A stretch of DNA of 62,295 bases from Flavobacteriales bacterium. Lineage in GTDB: Bacteria > Bacteroidota > Bacteroidia > CAIKAF01. The stretch covers positions 1 to 62,295 of the forward strand of contig JBIJBG010000001.1 of assembly GCA_044345355.1 (NCBI GenBank). The letters run 5' to 3'. The notes below the pieces were generated by a model, which made no database searches, was not told the DNA's origin, and was given only the letters and a program-made list of their open reading frames with translations. The translations under genes were made by a program, and so were the position numbers. The stretch's first letter is position 1; every line of letters starts with the position of its first letter. Below are positions 18,953 through 28,879 of this stretch, in pieces.

Positions 18953-20686
18953 TCAGACCAAAACAACCTCTTTTATCTCCAGGTCCAGGGTTCTGATTTC
19001 CCGGTCTTCGGAAGGACGAAAAACGTTTTCAGTGATGGAATAACAGATGCGGAATTTGCCCCGGTTTTGAATTTCCTCATAACGGTGCGCCTGTTTAAAC
19101 GCAATCGCCTTAAGTGCCACCTGGCTTTTACCGGGTACATAGATCTGCATTTGCAGATGGTTTTCGCCTACGATTCGCAGGCTGTTATTGTAAATACTTA
19201 CTTCTTCGGAAAGAAAAACCGGATTCATGTTGCCCGGCCCGAAAGGAGCGAATTGCTTCAAAAGACGGAATAAAGAATCCGTCACATCAAGAATGCTTAA
19301 CTCAGCATCTATTTTAACCGAAGGTATTAACTGTTCAGGGGTAATCCGCTTTTTCACCGACTCGTCAAAACGGCGGATGAACTCATCCACCCGTTCGGGC
19401 TTCATGGTTAAACCGGCGGCATGCATGTGGCCCCCGAAATTTTCAAATAAATCGATACATTCTTCCAAAGCGGCATAAAGGTCAAACCCTTCCACCGTTC
19501 GCGCAGATCCGGTGGCCTTGCCGTTACTTTCCGTCAGTACCACGGTAGGCTTATAATGCACCTCTATAAGCCGGGAGGCGACTATCCCAACCACTCCTTT
19601 GTGCCAATGAGGCTGAAAAACAACCGTGCTGAGGCGTTCTTTATATTCCGGAGCATTTTCAATAAGGCTGAGGGCCTCCCGCGTAATCTGCCGGTCGAGT
19701 TCTTTGCGGTCTTTGTTGTTGGTATTCAACTCTTCCGCATTAAACCCGGCGGCTTCTTCTTCATCGGCAATCAAAAGCTCCACGGCCGCTTTCCCGTGTT
19801 TTAAGCGACCGGCGGCGTTTATGCGGGGTGCAATGACAAAAACGATATCCTCCACACTTAAGGCCGGATTGCGAAAAGAGGCTTTGTCCAAAAGCGCCTT
19901 AATCCCCGGCCTCAGCCCGCATTTCATTCTTTCCAGGCCGAGCGCCGTTATGGTGCGGTTTTCTCCGGTAAGAGGCACAATATCGGCACAGGCGCTTATT
20001 GCAGCAAGGTCGAGAAATTCATAGGCATCCTCCGGGTTCAGGTTGTTTTGAATACACAGCGCCTGCATCAATTTAAATCCGATACCGCATCCGGCCAATT
20101 CTTTGAACGGATAGGTGCAATCCGGCTGTTTGGGATTGAGCATGGCAAAAGCGGGCGGCATGGTTTCGCCGGGAAGGTGGTGGTCACAGACGATGAAGTC
20201 TATACCATAATCCAGGGCTTTTGAAATTTTATCAGCAGACTTTACGCCGCAATCCAATGCCAATATCAACGTAAATCCTTCATCCCGGGCAAACTCCACA
20301 CCCCGGAAAGAAACTCCGTACCCTTCAGTGTAACGGTCGGGAATATAAAGTTCCACATGTGGATAGTGTAATTTTTTTTGAAAAAAGGAAAACATGGCCG
20401 CTACCGAAGTGGTCCCGTCCACATCATAATCTCCATAAATTAACACCTTTTCGTTTCTTTCAATAGCGCGGGCCACCCTGCTTACCGCTTTATGCATGTC
20501 CTTCATCAGGAATGGGTCGTGTAAATGAGTCGGATCGGGACGAAAAAAACGACGGGCCTCTTCATACGTGTTTATTCCCCGCTGTATGAGAAGGTGCACA
20601 AAAACATCCCTGATGCCAAGTTGCTCCTTCAAGGATTTGAAGATTGGCAAAGGCGCAGCATCGGTAAAAACAAGCTTTTTGATCAT
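18953..20686 (-). CDS. recJ: Single-stranded-DNA-specific exonuclease RecJ
   Basis: 577-aa ORF with DHH-family motifs YGDYDVDGTTS, LDCG, VCDHH and GGHxxAAG (FGGHMHAAG). Confidence 0.93.
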   Translation of the reverse strand: MIKKLVFTDAAPLPIFKSLKEQLGIRDVFVHLLIQRGINTYEEARRFFRPDPTHLHDPFLMKDMHKAVSRVARAIERNEKVLIYGDYDVDGTTSVAAMFSFFQKKLHYPHVELYIPDRYTEGYGVSFRGVEFARDEGFTLILALDCGVKSADKISKALDYGIDFIVCDHHLPGETMPPAFAMLNPKQPDCTYPFKELAGCGIGFKLMQALCIQNNLNPEDAYEFLDLAAISACADIVPLTGENRTITALGLERMKCGLRPGIKALLDKASFRNPALSVEDIVFVIAPRINAAGRLKHGKAAVELLIADEEEAAGFNAEELNTNNKDRKELDRQITREALSLIENAPEYKERLSTVVFQPHWHKGVVGIVASRLIEVHYKPTVVLTESNGKATGSARTVEGFDLYAALEECIDLFENFGGHMHAAGLTMKPERVDEFIRRFDESVKKRITPEQLIPSVKIDAELSILDVTDSLFRLLKQFAPFGPGNMNPVFLSEEVSIYNNSLRIVGENHLQMQIYVPGKSQVALKAIAFKQAHRYEEIQNRGKFRICYSITENVFRPSEDREIRTLDLEIKEVVLV

Positions 20687-20774
20687 AGGGTCAATTTATT
20701 ACAGGATAAAAATAAATAATTCACCCGCAACTTCGAAATGGGTAACTTTACGGCAGTAAATAAACTTGATATCC

Positions 20775-21095
20775 ATGAGTGTTCAAATAAGCCAGGATGC
20801 CGCTTTGGCGCAAATACTGAAAACCCACGAACGGGTGATTGTTAAATTCTATGCCGACTGGTGTGGCAGTTGTAAATTATTCGCCCCGAAATTCCGCAGG
20901 CTTTCCGATCAAGAAAATTATTCAGGTATTCTTTTCTTAGACATCAACGCAGAGGAAAATCCGGAGGCACGCAAATTGGCCGGAGTGGACAATCTGCCGT
21001 TTTTTGCCGGCTTTAAAAACGGTGTTCTGGTGGAAGGGGTTTCTACTTCGAAAGAAGAGGCGGTAACGGCATTATTGGATAAATTAAAAGCCTGA
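20775..21095 (+). CDS. Thioredoxin-family protein
   Basis: The active site is WCGSCK rather than the canonical WCGPC, within a thioredoxin fold-length protein. I prefer ATG 20775 to TTG 20766. Confidence 0.8.
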   Translation: MSVQISQDAALAQILKTHERVIVKFYADWCGSCKLFAPKFRRLSDQENYSGILFLDINAEENPEARKLAGVDNLPFFAGFKNGVLVEGVSTSKEEAVTALLDKLKA

Positions 21096-21099
21096 ATAG

Positions 21100-21339
21100 A
21101 TGAAAATTCCTGCCATAAAAAAAGCGGTGGAAGTATTCACCACAGAGCAATTACGTGACGCCGAGCAGGCCCTTTATGAAGAACAAAAGCCCCTGATTTC
21201 CATTGAAGGGGATGATGAGGGAGAAAAACTTACGCATGTGTTGGCGGCCTTGGAAATAAAGGAAAATATGGCGAAAGGAATGGAATTTAAAGAGGCATTG
21301 AGAGCCTACACGCAACGGGTAAGAAATTCCATCAGTTAG
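21100..21339 (+). CDS. Small conserved acidic hypothetical protein
   Basis: 79-aa ORF, 4 nt after the thioredoxin stop. No recognisable motif. Confidence 0.5.
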   Translation: MKIPAIKKAVEVFTTEQLRDAEQALYEEQKPLISIEGDDEGEKLTHVLAALEIKENMAKGMEFKEALRAYTQRVRNSIS

Positions 21340-21367
21340 TTTTTACAAATTTCTTGCAACTGCCCTT

Positions 21368-22228
21368 ATGAATCGTCTTCTGCCGCTGTCTGATGTTCCC
21401 GGTGTAGGGGGTGTTATCCCCCGTGCTTTTTTAACCCTGTTTAAAAAGCCGGGTGATGCTCTTCCTGATCTGGGATACAAAATACAAGGGGTTGGTATTG
21501 ATTCCGGCCCCTACAAGGCATTTTGCCGCATGTTCGGTTTTTCCGAAGAGTCGGTGCCGCTTACCTATTGGCATATCCGTTTTTTCGGTTTGCGGGCTTT
21601 TCTGGCTTCCAGACCGGAGGCGCCCTTTCCCCTGCCCGGTATGGTTCACCTGAGTGACCACATCAGGCAATACAGGCCCGTTCGTCCTGATGAATCCTTT
21701 ACGGTGGAGTGTCGTTTCAGACACCTTCTGGCTCACGAAAAAGGAACTGCCTTTGAAACCCTGACGCAACTTTTTTCCGGCGATGAATTGGTTTGGGAAG
21801 AAAACACGGTAAATCTGTATCTGGGCAAAAAAATTCCCTGCCCCTCTGAGACAGAATCTACACCGATAGAACTGAGCCAAAATTGTTCTTCGGTTCCTGT
21901 GATTTTAGGTGCTGATATGGGCAGAAAATATGCCGCCGTCAGCGGAGATTACAATCCCATTCACCTGAACCGTTTAGGCGCACGGCTGTTTGGATTCCAT
22001 AAACACCTGCTTCACGGCTGGTACAGCGTAAATTATTGTTTACGGCCCTACGAAAAACACCTGAAAGAAAAAGCAGAACTGCAGGCTTACTTTAAGAAGC
22101 CTTTATTTCTGCCCTCTAAAGTCAACATGAAAACCGAACGTCGGGAAAATAACGTGCTTTTTGAGGTGGCCGACTTCGGGGAAGATTACCCTCACGTAAA
22201 AGGACTTTTAATTCCCGGGATTACTTAA
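21368..22228 (+). CDS. MaoC-like (hot-dog fold) dehydratase domain protein
   Basis: The GDYNPIHLN motif in the C-terminal half is typical of MaoC/R-hydratase hot-dog domains. Confidence 0.68.
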   Translation: MNRLLPLSDVPGVGGVIPRAFLTLFKKPGDALPDLGYKIQGVGIDSGPYKAFCRMFGFSEESVPLTYWHIRFFGLRAFLASRPEAPFPLPGMVHLSDHIRQYRPVRPDESFTVECRFRHLLAHEKGTAFETLTQLFSGDELVWEENTVNLYLGKKIPCPSETESTPIELSQNCSSVPVILGADMGRKYAAVSGDYNPIHLNRLGARLFGFHKHLLHGWYSVNYCLRPYEKHLKEKAELQAYFKKPLFLPSKVNMKTERRENNVLFEVADFGEDYPHVKGLLIPGIT

Positions 22229-23814
22229 AGCGTTCTACGCCAGAAAAAAACAGCCACGTTGGTGGGCCTGGTTTCTGCTGAGGAAACACCTCCTGTGATG
22301 TTGCCGACCGTCAGGCTATGTGTGTGCGTATGATCCGGAACCGTATGCGTATGATCGCCTATGGCCGAGGTGGGGCGGCTTTTCAACCAATGACGGTGAG
22401 AATAAAAATCAACATTGTGGTTATGTCCCATACAGTTATCTGAAAGCCTTCCTAAAAAATTGCCACCTGTTGTTCGGTTATTCCAACCGTTTCCGCAAGT
22501 GGCCCCGTCGTTATTTCCGAAAGTGTTGCCCCCGGCCGTATTAGAACTTAGATTATCATCGTAAGGTATCCAAATGTCACCACCAAACGGATTGGCTCCT
22601 GAAGAATTGCCTCTGAAAAAATTAGAGTTTGCATTTCCTGTCGCCGGGCTCCCTCCCCACCAAAAAAAACCATCACTGAGTGTATTGCCGTTTCCGTCAC
22701 CATTGCCTGATGCCGCGTCAAAACTGCGGCTGTCGTCATTAGACCACCATCCGCCCCAGTTGTGGGTGTGGTTTCCCGCCCCTGCGGTGGTTAATGTTCC
22801 GGCTCCGTTAATACCGCCGCTGATATCGTGGGTATGGTTTTCCATGGCATCATCCTGCACCACACCGCTCAACGGCCCTGCCGAACCCACATTGGAGGCT
22901 CCGCCCGCAGCGCGGATAAACTCTCCGTTATTGATATCCGTTCGCACCCACTGGGTACATGGATAGAGCGTGTTTGGGTCGGCCGCGGAAGCCCACTGAA
23001 TATACGTGGATCCCACGGGAGGTGTATTCACCAACTGCCAACAGGTTCCGTTAAACACCTCTACCGCGCCCAGGTTGGTATTAAACCGCATAGACCCGGC
23101 CGGTGCTCCACCCGGCTGTTGTGCCGTGGTTCCCGTGGGAATCGCTATCGCATTTGTGGCGTTTATCTGCAACGCAACTACCGGGGTAGTGGTATTGATT
23201 CCGATGTTATTTCCACTTTGGTAAACAATGGAATTGCAGAGTGTATCGGGATTGCCCATGATGGGAAGCGGACCAGACGTAATTCCCGCACAAAATGCGG
23301 CGGCATCTGCGGGACCGGTTACTCCCGAAGAGGCCGAAAGCGTGACGGTAAAGGTGTTTCCCGCTTCGGTGAGGGTGAGGGTGTTATTCGCAGGATTGTA
23401 CACAACATTAGAAATGAGTTCGTTCGTAGAATCAGTATCCGTGGAAGGAGGTAAGTTCACGGTAAGCGTTCCGCCGGGGTCCGTTATGGAAAGGTCTCCC
23501 GTAGCGGGGTTAAACGTAAACGCCGTATTGTTTCCTCCAGGCAGTGGAAATGGAATCCATGCCGTTGAATTCCAAAAATAAAACAGTTGATCATCCGTAT
23601 CGTACACCAGCAAGGCCTGGTCAACGGCTCCCGCGGGAGCAATCGCCAAACGCTGTGTGGTATTCAGGCGGGGAACTAAAAAACCCTTATCGTTCGCATT
23701 GAGCTCCAAAAGTGATTTCGGATTGGGCGAATTCGTGCCGATTCCCACGTTGTTTTGGGAAAAGATCTCTTTCGATAACAGAAATGCCATTATAAAAATA
23801 AATCCATTTCTCAT
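22225..23814 (-). CDS. Secreted tail-fibre-like protein with C-terminal phage tail-collar-like, HxH-rich domain
   Basis: Signal peptide MRNGFIFIMAFLLSKEIFSQ runs from ATG 23814 (the track start is TTG 23841). It has the NVGIGT...LVPRLNTTQR...LLVYDTD motifs seen in Bacteroidota tail-fibre-domain proteins. The C-terminal half carries six HxH motifs and ends ETRPTNVAVFFWRR. Confidence 0.65.
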   Translation of the reverse strand: MRNGFIFIMAFLLSKEIFSQNNVGIGTNSPNPKSLLELNANDKGFLVPRLNTTQRLAIAPAGAVDQALLVYDTDDQLFYFWNSTAWIPFPLPGGNNTAFTFNPATGDLSITDPGGTLTVNLPPSTDTDSTNELISNVVYNPANNTLTLTEAGNTFTVTLSASSGVTGPADAAAFCAGITSGPLPIMGNPDTLCNSIVYQSGNNIGINTTTPVVALQINATNAIAIPTGTTAQQPGGAPAGSMRFNTNLGAVEVFNGTCWQLVNTPPVGSTYIQWASAADPNTLYPCTQWVRTDINNGEFIRAAGGASNVGSAGPLSGVVQDDAMENHTHDISGGINGAGTLTTAGAGNHTHNWGGWWSNDDSRSFDAASGNGDGNGNTLSDGFFWWGGSPATGNANSNFFRGNSSGANPFGGDIWIPYDDNLSSNTAGGNTFGNNDGATCGNGWNNRTTGGNFLGRLSDNCMGHNHNVDFYSHRHWLKSRPTSAIGDHTHTVPDHTHTHSLTVGNITGGVSSAETRPTNVAVFFWRRTL

Positions 23815-23934
23815 CAGCCTTAATTTATAATTGTTTATCAAACGTACAAATTATGCGTGAAATTAAAGTAATAAAAGCTTTCTTATTTTTATCTTGATGC
23901 CAATGTATGCCACATACCATTTTACCTTTGTGTT

Positions 23935-24702
23935 ATGAAGGATTCATTTTTGCGTATTTATTCTCTTTTAGATATAACACGTCTGGAAGGAACAGATACC
24001 CGTTCCGTGATAAACCGTTTCGTTTCAGAGATTTTACATAATTACCACACCTACGGTTGCCGGCCGGCGGCAATATGTGTTTTTCCCGTTTTCGCCATTC
24101 AGGTTAGAGACTTGCTGCTTGGAACAGAAATAAAAACGGCCTGTGTGGCCGGTGCATTTCCGCATGGTCAGCTTCCTTTACACATGAAGGCCGACGAAGT
24201 AAAATTTGCTTTAGACGCCGGAGCGGATGAAATTGATTATGTCATCAACCGGGGACGGTTTTTAGAGGACGGGGCCGAATATTTGTTTGAGGAAGTGGCA
24301 CACATACGGCAAGTCTGCGGACAAACGGCACTGTTAAAAGTAATTTTAGAAACCGGAGAACTGGAAAAGCCTGAAAACATGAAGTGGGCTGCCGCTGCAG
24401 CCATTAAAGGCGGTGCGGATTTCGTAAAGACATCTACGGGCAAATCGGCCGAATCGGCCACCCTTAAATCGGTGGAAATGCTCTGCGAAGCCGTGAAAGA
24501 TCATTTCCTGCGCACGGGAATTAAAATCGGCATAAAACCGGCAGGCGGAATTTCTGAACCCGAAGATGCGGAACGATATATCCAAACCATCATCCGGGGA
24601 ACGGGACCTGAGTGGATTCACCCGAAACGGATGCGCATAGGAGCAAGCCGTCTCGCCCTAAAACTGCTTCAACAAGAAAACAAAGACCTTGGGGGCTATT
24701 GA
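23935..24702 (+). CDS. deoC: Deoxyribose-phosphate aldolase
   Basis: Motifs LDITRLEG, GADEIDYVIN, and ADFVKTSTGK containing the Schiff-base lysine. Confidence 0.9.
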   Translation: MKDSFLRIYSLLDITRLEGTDTRSVINRFVSEILHNYHTYGCRPAAICVFPVFAIQVRDLLLGTEIKTACVAGAFPHGQLPLHMKADEVKFALDAGADEIDYVINRGRFLEDGAEYLFEEVAHIRQVCGQTALLKVILETGELEKPENMKWAAAAAIKGGADFVKTSTGKSAESATLKSVEMLCEAVKDHFLRTGIKIGIKPAGGISEPEDAERYIQTIIRGTGPEWIHPKRMRIGASRLALKLLQQENKDLGGY

Positions 24703-24765
24703 CCCAATGTGTTTTGAAATACCCACCACATCGTTTCAAACAGGGTTATAAACCCGTATTCAATA

Positions 24766-27018
24766 TTACCTGTCAAAGTTTTCGCCCGAAAGGTCCTCCT
24801 GAAAATCCAAAAGATCTTCGCGGTATTCACCGCAATTGGTTTCAATATTAATTTCTGCTGCGGGTTTTTCAAATTCGGCTCCTCTATAACCCAACTCGGG
24901 GTCGGCGTACACTTTTTTCATGTACAATGCCCATGTGGGAAGGGCCATGTTGGCTCCCTGGCCCAATGCCGTGCTACGGAAACGAACCTGACGGTCTTCT
25001 CCACCCGCCCATACCCCCGTGGTAAGATCGGAAGAAAACCCGATAAACCATCCATCAGAATTGTTTTGGGTGGTGCCTGTTTTTCCACCCACCGGTTTAT
25101 CAAAACGATATGTCCGGCGAAGGCGGCCCGCCGTTCCCTCCAAAACAACGCCTTTCATTAATTCCACCATAAGCCAGGCCGAAACCTCATCCATCGCTTC
25201 ATTTCTTTCGGGATAAAACTCCTCAAGCACGTTTCCGTTTTTATCTTCAATGCGTAAGAGATATTGGGGTTTTATAAATACCCCGCGGTTGGGAAATGTA
25301 TTAAATGCGCCCACCATTTCGTACACGGTAATATCGGGAGTTCCAAGACAAATCGCGGGAACAGGATCTATATCCTTCACATCAATACCCAGTTTAGAAG
25401 CAAATTTCAATACCGCAGATGGGCCGTATTGCTTCATCAAAAAGGCGCTCACTTTATTTACCGAATGGGCAAGTGCCTCTTTCAGGCTCATCATCTGTCC
25501 TTCTTTGTAATCACTCGAGTTGGAAGGACACCAATTGTCTATACACACCGAGGAATTCGGCACCTGCATACAGGGTGAATTTTTTTCCTGTATGGCCATG
25601 GCGTACACAAACGGCTTAAACGTTGAGCCCACTTGCCTTTGACTGCCGCGAACATGATCGTATTTAAAGTTTTTAAAATCAACCCCGCCCACCCAGGCTT
25701 TAACCTGCCCGGTATGAGTTTCCATACTCATTAATCCGCACTGGAGAAAATACTTGTAATAGACCAGGCTGTCCCAGGGGCTCATCAGCGTATCGCGATC
25801 TCCGCGGTAAGAAAAAACCCGCATTTTCACCGGCGTCCTAAACTCTTTTTCTATTTCTTCATCACTCAAGCCTTCCTCTTTGGCCGCTTTGTAACGGCCG
25901 CTCTCCCGCATGGCTTTTCTTAGGCTTTTCTCCACATCCTCCTGTTTCATTCGAGAATCAAACGGACCATTTTTGCTTCCTTTTTTGGAGCGAAAAAACT
26001 GCTGCTGAAGTGTGGCCATCCATTCCATCACCGCCTGCTCGGCATAACGCTGCATTTTACTGTCTATCGTGGTGTAAATGCGCAGTCCGTCCCGATACAA
26101 ATCGTAGTTTTCGCCATTTTCTTTGGTATGAGATTTACACCATTTTTGCAGATCCTTTTTCAACTCTGCGGTAAAGTGGGGCGCCAGGTCTCCCATGCCG
26201 AATTGATTTCTCTGAACACGTTCCCAAAGTTTCGCCTCGTCGGCAATTAATGGCTTTTCTTTAAATACGGCAGCCTCTTCTTCAGTAATTTTTTTGTTTT
26301 TATGCATCTGATTCAATACCGTGTTCCGGCGGTTCTTGCACCTTTCGGGGTTTTTTATCGGGCTGTACCTTGTGGGAGCCTTGAGAAGACCTACCAAAAG
26401 AGCTGATTCATGCACCTCTAACTCTGCGGGCTTTTTATTAAAATACACCTTTGCCGCGGTTTGTATGCCAAAAATTTCATGTCCAAAATCGGCCATGTTC
26501 AGGTACATGGTCACTATTTCTTGTTTCGTATAATTTCTTTCTAATTTGGCGCTGATGACCCACTCTTTAAATTTTTGGAGAATTCTCCGAATTTTTCCCC
26601 CTTTTCTTTCCTGACCGTGAAAAAGAATTTTAGCCAATTGTTGGGTAATGGTGCTTCCTCCGCCCTGTCCTCCGCCCGTTAAAATAGCCCGTAGCAAGGC
26701 TTTCCCGTCCACGCCGGAGTGATTATAAAAACGCTCGTCCTCCGTAGCAATGAGTGCATCTACCATGGACGTATTTATCTCGGAATATTTTACGTTTGTC
26801 CGGTTTTGGATATAATATTTGCCGAGTATTTTACCATCGGCGCTGTAAATAAGGCTGGCCTGGTTGCTGCGGGGATCCTCCAATTCGGCAAATGATGGAA
26901 GTTTGCCGAAGGCTCCGACGGCAGCCAGAAAAAGCATGAAAAGAAGAAAAAAAAGCGGGCTGAACGCCAATATCCATGGCCATTTTACAGATTGGGAGAT
27001 TGTTGGTTTTTTTGCCAT
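24766..27018 (-). CDS. mrcA: Class A penicillin-binding protein 1A (glycosyltransferase + transpeptidase)
   Basis: GT51 motifs EDERFYNHSGVD and GGSTITQQLAK. Transpeptidase motifs STFKP, SVN and KTGTT. Confidence 0.92.
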   Translation of the reverse strand: MAKKPTISQSVKWPWILAFSPLFFLLFMLFLAAVGAFGKLPSFAELEDPRSNQASLIYSADGKILGKYYIQNRTNVKYSEINTSMVDALIATEDERFYNHSGVDGKALLRAILTGGGQGGGSTITQQLAKILFHGQERKGGKIRRILQKFKEWVISAKLERNYTKQEIVTMYLNMADFGHEIFGIQTAAKVYFNKKPAELEVHESALLVGLLKAPTRYSPIKNPERCKNRRNTVLNQMHKNKKITEEEAAVFKEKPLIADEAKLWERVQRNQFGMGDLAPHFTAELKKDLQKWCKSHTKENGENYDLYRDGLRIYTTIDSKMQRYAEQAVMEWMATLQQQFFRSKKGSKNGPFDSRMKQEDVEKSLRKAMRESGRYKAAKEEGLSDEEIEKEFRTPVKMRVFSYRGDRDTLMSPWDSLVYYKYFLQCGLMSMETHTGQVKAWVGGVDFKNFKYDHVRGSQRQVGSTFKPFVYAMAIQEKNSPCMQVPNSSVCIDNWCPSNSSDYKEGQMMSLKEALAHSVNKVSAFLMKQYGPSAVLKFASKLGIDVKDIDPVPAICLGTPDITVYEMVGAFNTFPNRGVFIKPQYLLRIEDKNGNVLEEFYPERNEAMDEVSAWLMVELMKGVVLEGTAGRLRRTYRFDKPVGGKTGTTQNNSDGWFIGFSSDLTTGVWAGGEDRQVRFRSTALGQGANMALPTWALYMKKVYADPELGYRGAEFEKPAAEINIETNCGEYREDLLDFQEDLSGENFDR

Positions 27019-27527
27019 CAGTTTTCCTGTTGCTGATCGGTTTCTATGCGCAGCCCGAAATTCATAATGTAAGGAAGTTTTCCGTCTTGGCTTCGCATGG
27101 CATGATTGAATTGAAAGCGGTAGATCCCGGCCTGGTCAAAATGAACTCCCCGGGAAAGCAGAAACGAGTTGTTACATATATCGCCGGAACACTTCCCCAG
27201 CGGATTTCCATTTTCTTCGTAAAACTGAAAGTCCAGGGTGTCCAACGCCCTTTTTCCATCCGGGAAAATGGTGGTAAGAAATAAATATACGTTTCGATAT
27301 GGGTAGTTTTCCCCGTTCCGGATTTTCACAATCAAATTATACGCTTCAAGCGTGTCTTTTATTTGAGTGCTAAAAGTAAGTGTATCTGTTTTATTCCATT
27401 CGTAGTTTTTTATCTCCCGATACTCCTCGAAAACAAGGTTTCTATCACACGAAAAAAGAAGCGAAGCAATTGCTGCCACAAAAAATACACGGATAAATGT
27501 CTTTGCCGGTTTTAAAAAATAATCCAT
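27018..27527 (-). CDS. gldH: Gliding motility lipoprotein GldH
   Basis: From ATG 27527: MDYFLKPAKTFIRVFFVAAIASLLFSC lipobox, then W.K.D...PYRNVYLFL, the pattern of GldH. The track ORF (to 27761) overlaps the PSP1 gene. The stop overlaps the PBP1A start (TGATG). Confidence 0.85.
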   Translation of the reverse strand: MDYFLKPAKTFIRVFFVAAIASLLFSCDRNLVFEEYREIKNYEWNKTDTLTFSTQIKDTLEAYNLIVKIRNGENYPYRNVYLFLTTIFPDGKRALDTLDFQFYEENGNPLGKCSGDICNNSFLLSRGVHFDQAGIYRFQFNHAMRSQDGKLPYIMNFGLRIETDQQQEN

Positions 27528-27528
27528 A

Positions 27529-28824
27529 TCAAACGCCCGTTGGCGGATTTTCTTTTCCTGAACCGGGATTTTTCCCGTTGTCTCTTCGTTTGTCCCGCCG
27601 TTGTTCTCCCGGCCTTTTCGTGTTTTGCGGATTAGGCCGCCCGTCTGTCTGTTGTCTTCGCTGATCATCATTCCGTTTGGGGCGAGTTCGGTTGCGGTTA
27701 TCGCGCCTTTGGCGATCGAAACGGGTAATATTGTCCTCGCCGGCGGCATCCACAAAATCAAGTTCCGTATGGGCTTTTCGTGTTTCGCGCAGGGTAAGCT
27801 CCGGCTGACCGTCGCTGAGTTTATCCGCCAGTTTTCCGGCTTTATTCAATTCCTGTATTTCGCGAACCTTTGCGGGAGTAAGCCGATGAAAGCGGCTTTC
27901 GTTGCCCTCATAGGCATAAAACATAATCCCGTTAAAAATATCGGTTTTCATGTGTATTCCATTCCCTTCCATGGTGCGAAGCATGATGTGAGAAGGTGGA
28001 AAATCACGTAGGGCATCCATGTAGCTTTCCAATTCATAATTCAGACAACACTTCAGTTTTCCGCACTGTCCCGCCAATTTCTGTGGATTTATGGAAAGCT
28101 GTTGATAACGGGCCGCCGTAGTGGTTACGGTTCTGAAATCTTTTAGCCAAGATGCACAGCAAAGTTCCCTTCCGCATGCACCTATACCTCCTACCCGGCC
28201 GGCTTCCTGCCTCGCCCCGATCTGTCGCATTTCTATACGCACCTTTAGGTCGCGGGCAAGTAGCTTAATCAATTCCCGAAAATCAACCCGGTTTTCCGCG
28301 ATGTAAAAAAACGTTGCTTTGGTGCCGTCTCCCTGGTATTCTACATCGCTGATTTTCATGTCTAAATTGAGGTCAACGGCGTGCTTCCTGGAAATCATCA
28401 TGGCCTTTTTTTCCAAAGCCATGGCGGCCTGCCAACGTTCAATATCATTAGGCCGCGCCTTGCGGAATACCTTTTTTGCCCCTTCGCCGGGTTGAAATCC
28501 GTTTTTACGCATCTGCAGGCGAACCAACTCCCCCGTTACGGAAACTATACCGATATCATGTCCCGGATTGCCCTCAACGGCCACCGCATCACCCTGCACC
28601 AGCTGAAGGGCTTCGGGGTTTCTAAAAAATTCTTTCCGGGTGTTTTTAAATCGTACTTCTACCCAGTGGAAAGGCTCCGTTCCGGAAGCCGGCTCCATCC
28701 CTGCAAGCCAGTCAAATACATTCAATTTATTACAGCCCCCCGTGCCGCAGGTACCGTTGTTTTTGCACCCCGCGGGCAACGCATTGGTGTTTCCTCTTCC
28801 GTTTGAACAATCAGCACAGGCCAT
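27529..28824 (-). CDS. PSP1 domain protein (RicT/YaaT-like) with Cys-rich N-terminus and long basic C-terminal tail
   Basis: N-terminus MACADCSNG...GCNKLNVFDWL; PSP1 core RIEMRQIGARQEAGRVGGIGACGRELCC...CGKLKCCLNYE. It keeps the conserved position between holB and gldH. Confidence 0.85.
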   Translation of the reverse strand: MACADCSNGRGNTNALPAGCKNNGTCGTGGCNKLNVFDWLAGMEPASGTEPFHWVEVRFKNTRKEFFRNPEALQLVQGDAVAVEGNPGHDIGIVSVTGELVRLQMRKNGFQPGEGAKKVFRKARPNDIERWQAAMALEKKAMMISRKHAVDLNLDMKISDVEYQGDGTKATFFYIAENRVDFRELIKLLARDLKVRIEMRQIGARQEAGRVGGIGACGRELCCASWLKDFRTVTTTAARYQQLSINPQKLAGQCGKLKCCLNYELESYMDALRDFPPSHIMLRTMEGNGIHMKTDIFNGIMFYAYEGNESRFHRLTPAKVREIQELNKAGKLADKLSDGQPELTLRETRKAHTELDFVDAAGEDNITRFDRQRRDNRNRTRPKRNDDQRRQQTDGRPNPQNTKRPGEQRRDKRRDNGKNPGSGKENPPTGV

Positions 28825-28879
28825 ACTTCACAATTTCTGTTTGGGCAAAATTAAGCAAAATAAAACGGGATTGATGGAA

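Noticed and set aside
22320-23581. Plus-strand ORFs of 72-208 aa antisense to the tail-fibre-like gene
   Set aside because: They are Pro/Arg/Gly-rich translations of the Gly/Asn/Thr-rich gene on the other strand. They have no motifs and overlap one another.
23923-23937. Leaderless deoC transcript from a perfect TACCTTTG box ending 4 nt before the ATG
   Set aside because: No -33 element lies at the right spacing. A single 8-mer match is weak evidence, and I cannot decide the transcription start or the true start codon from sequence alone.
27528-27761. N-terminal extension of the gldH ORF (track ORF 27018-27761)
   Set aside because: The extension overlaps the 3' end of the PSP1 gene in another frame. 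The GldH lipoprotein signal begins at ATG 27527, directly after the PSP1 stop.
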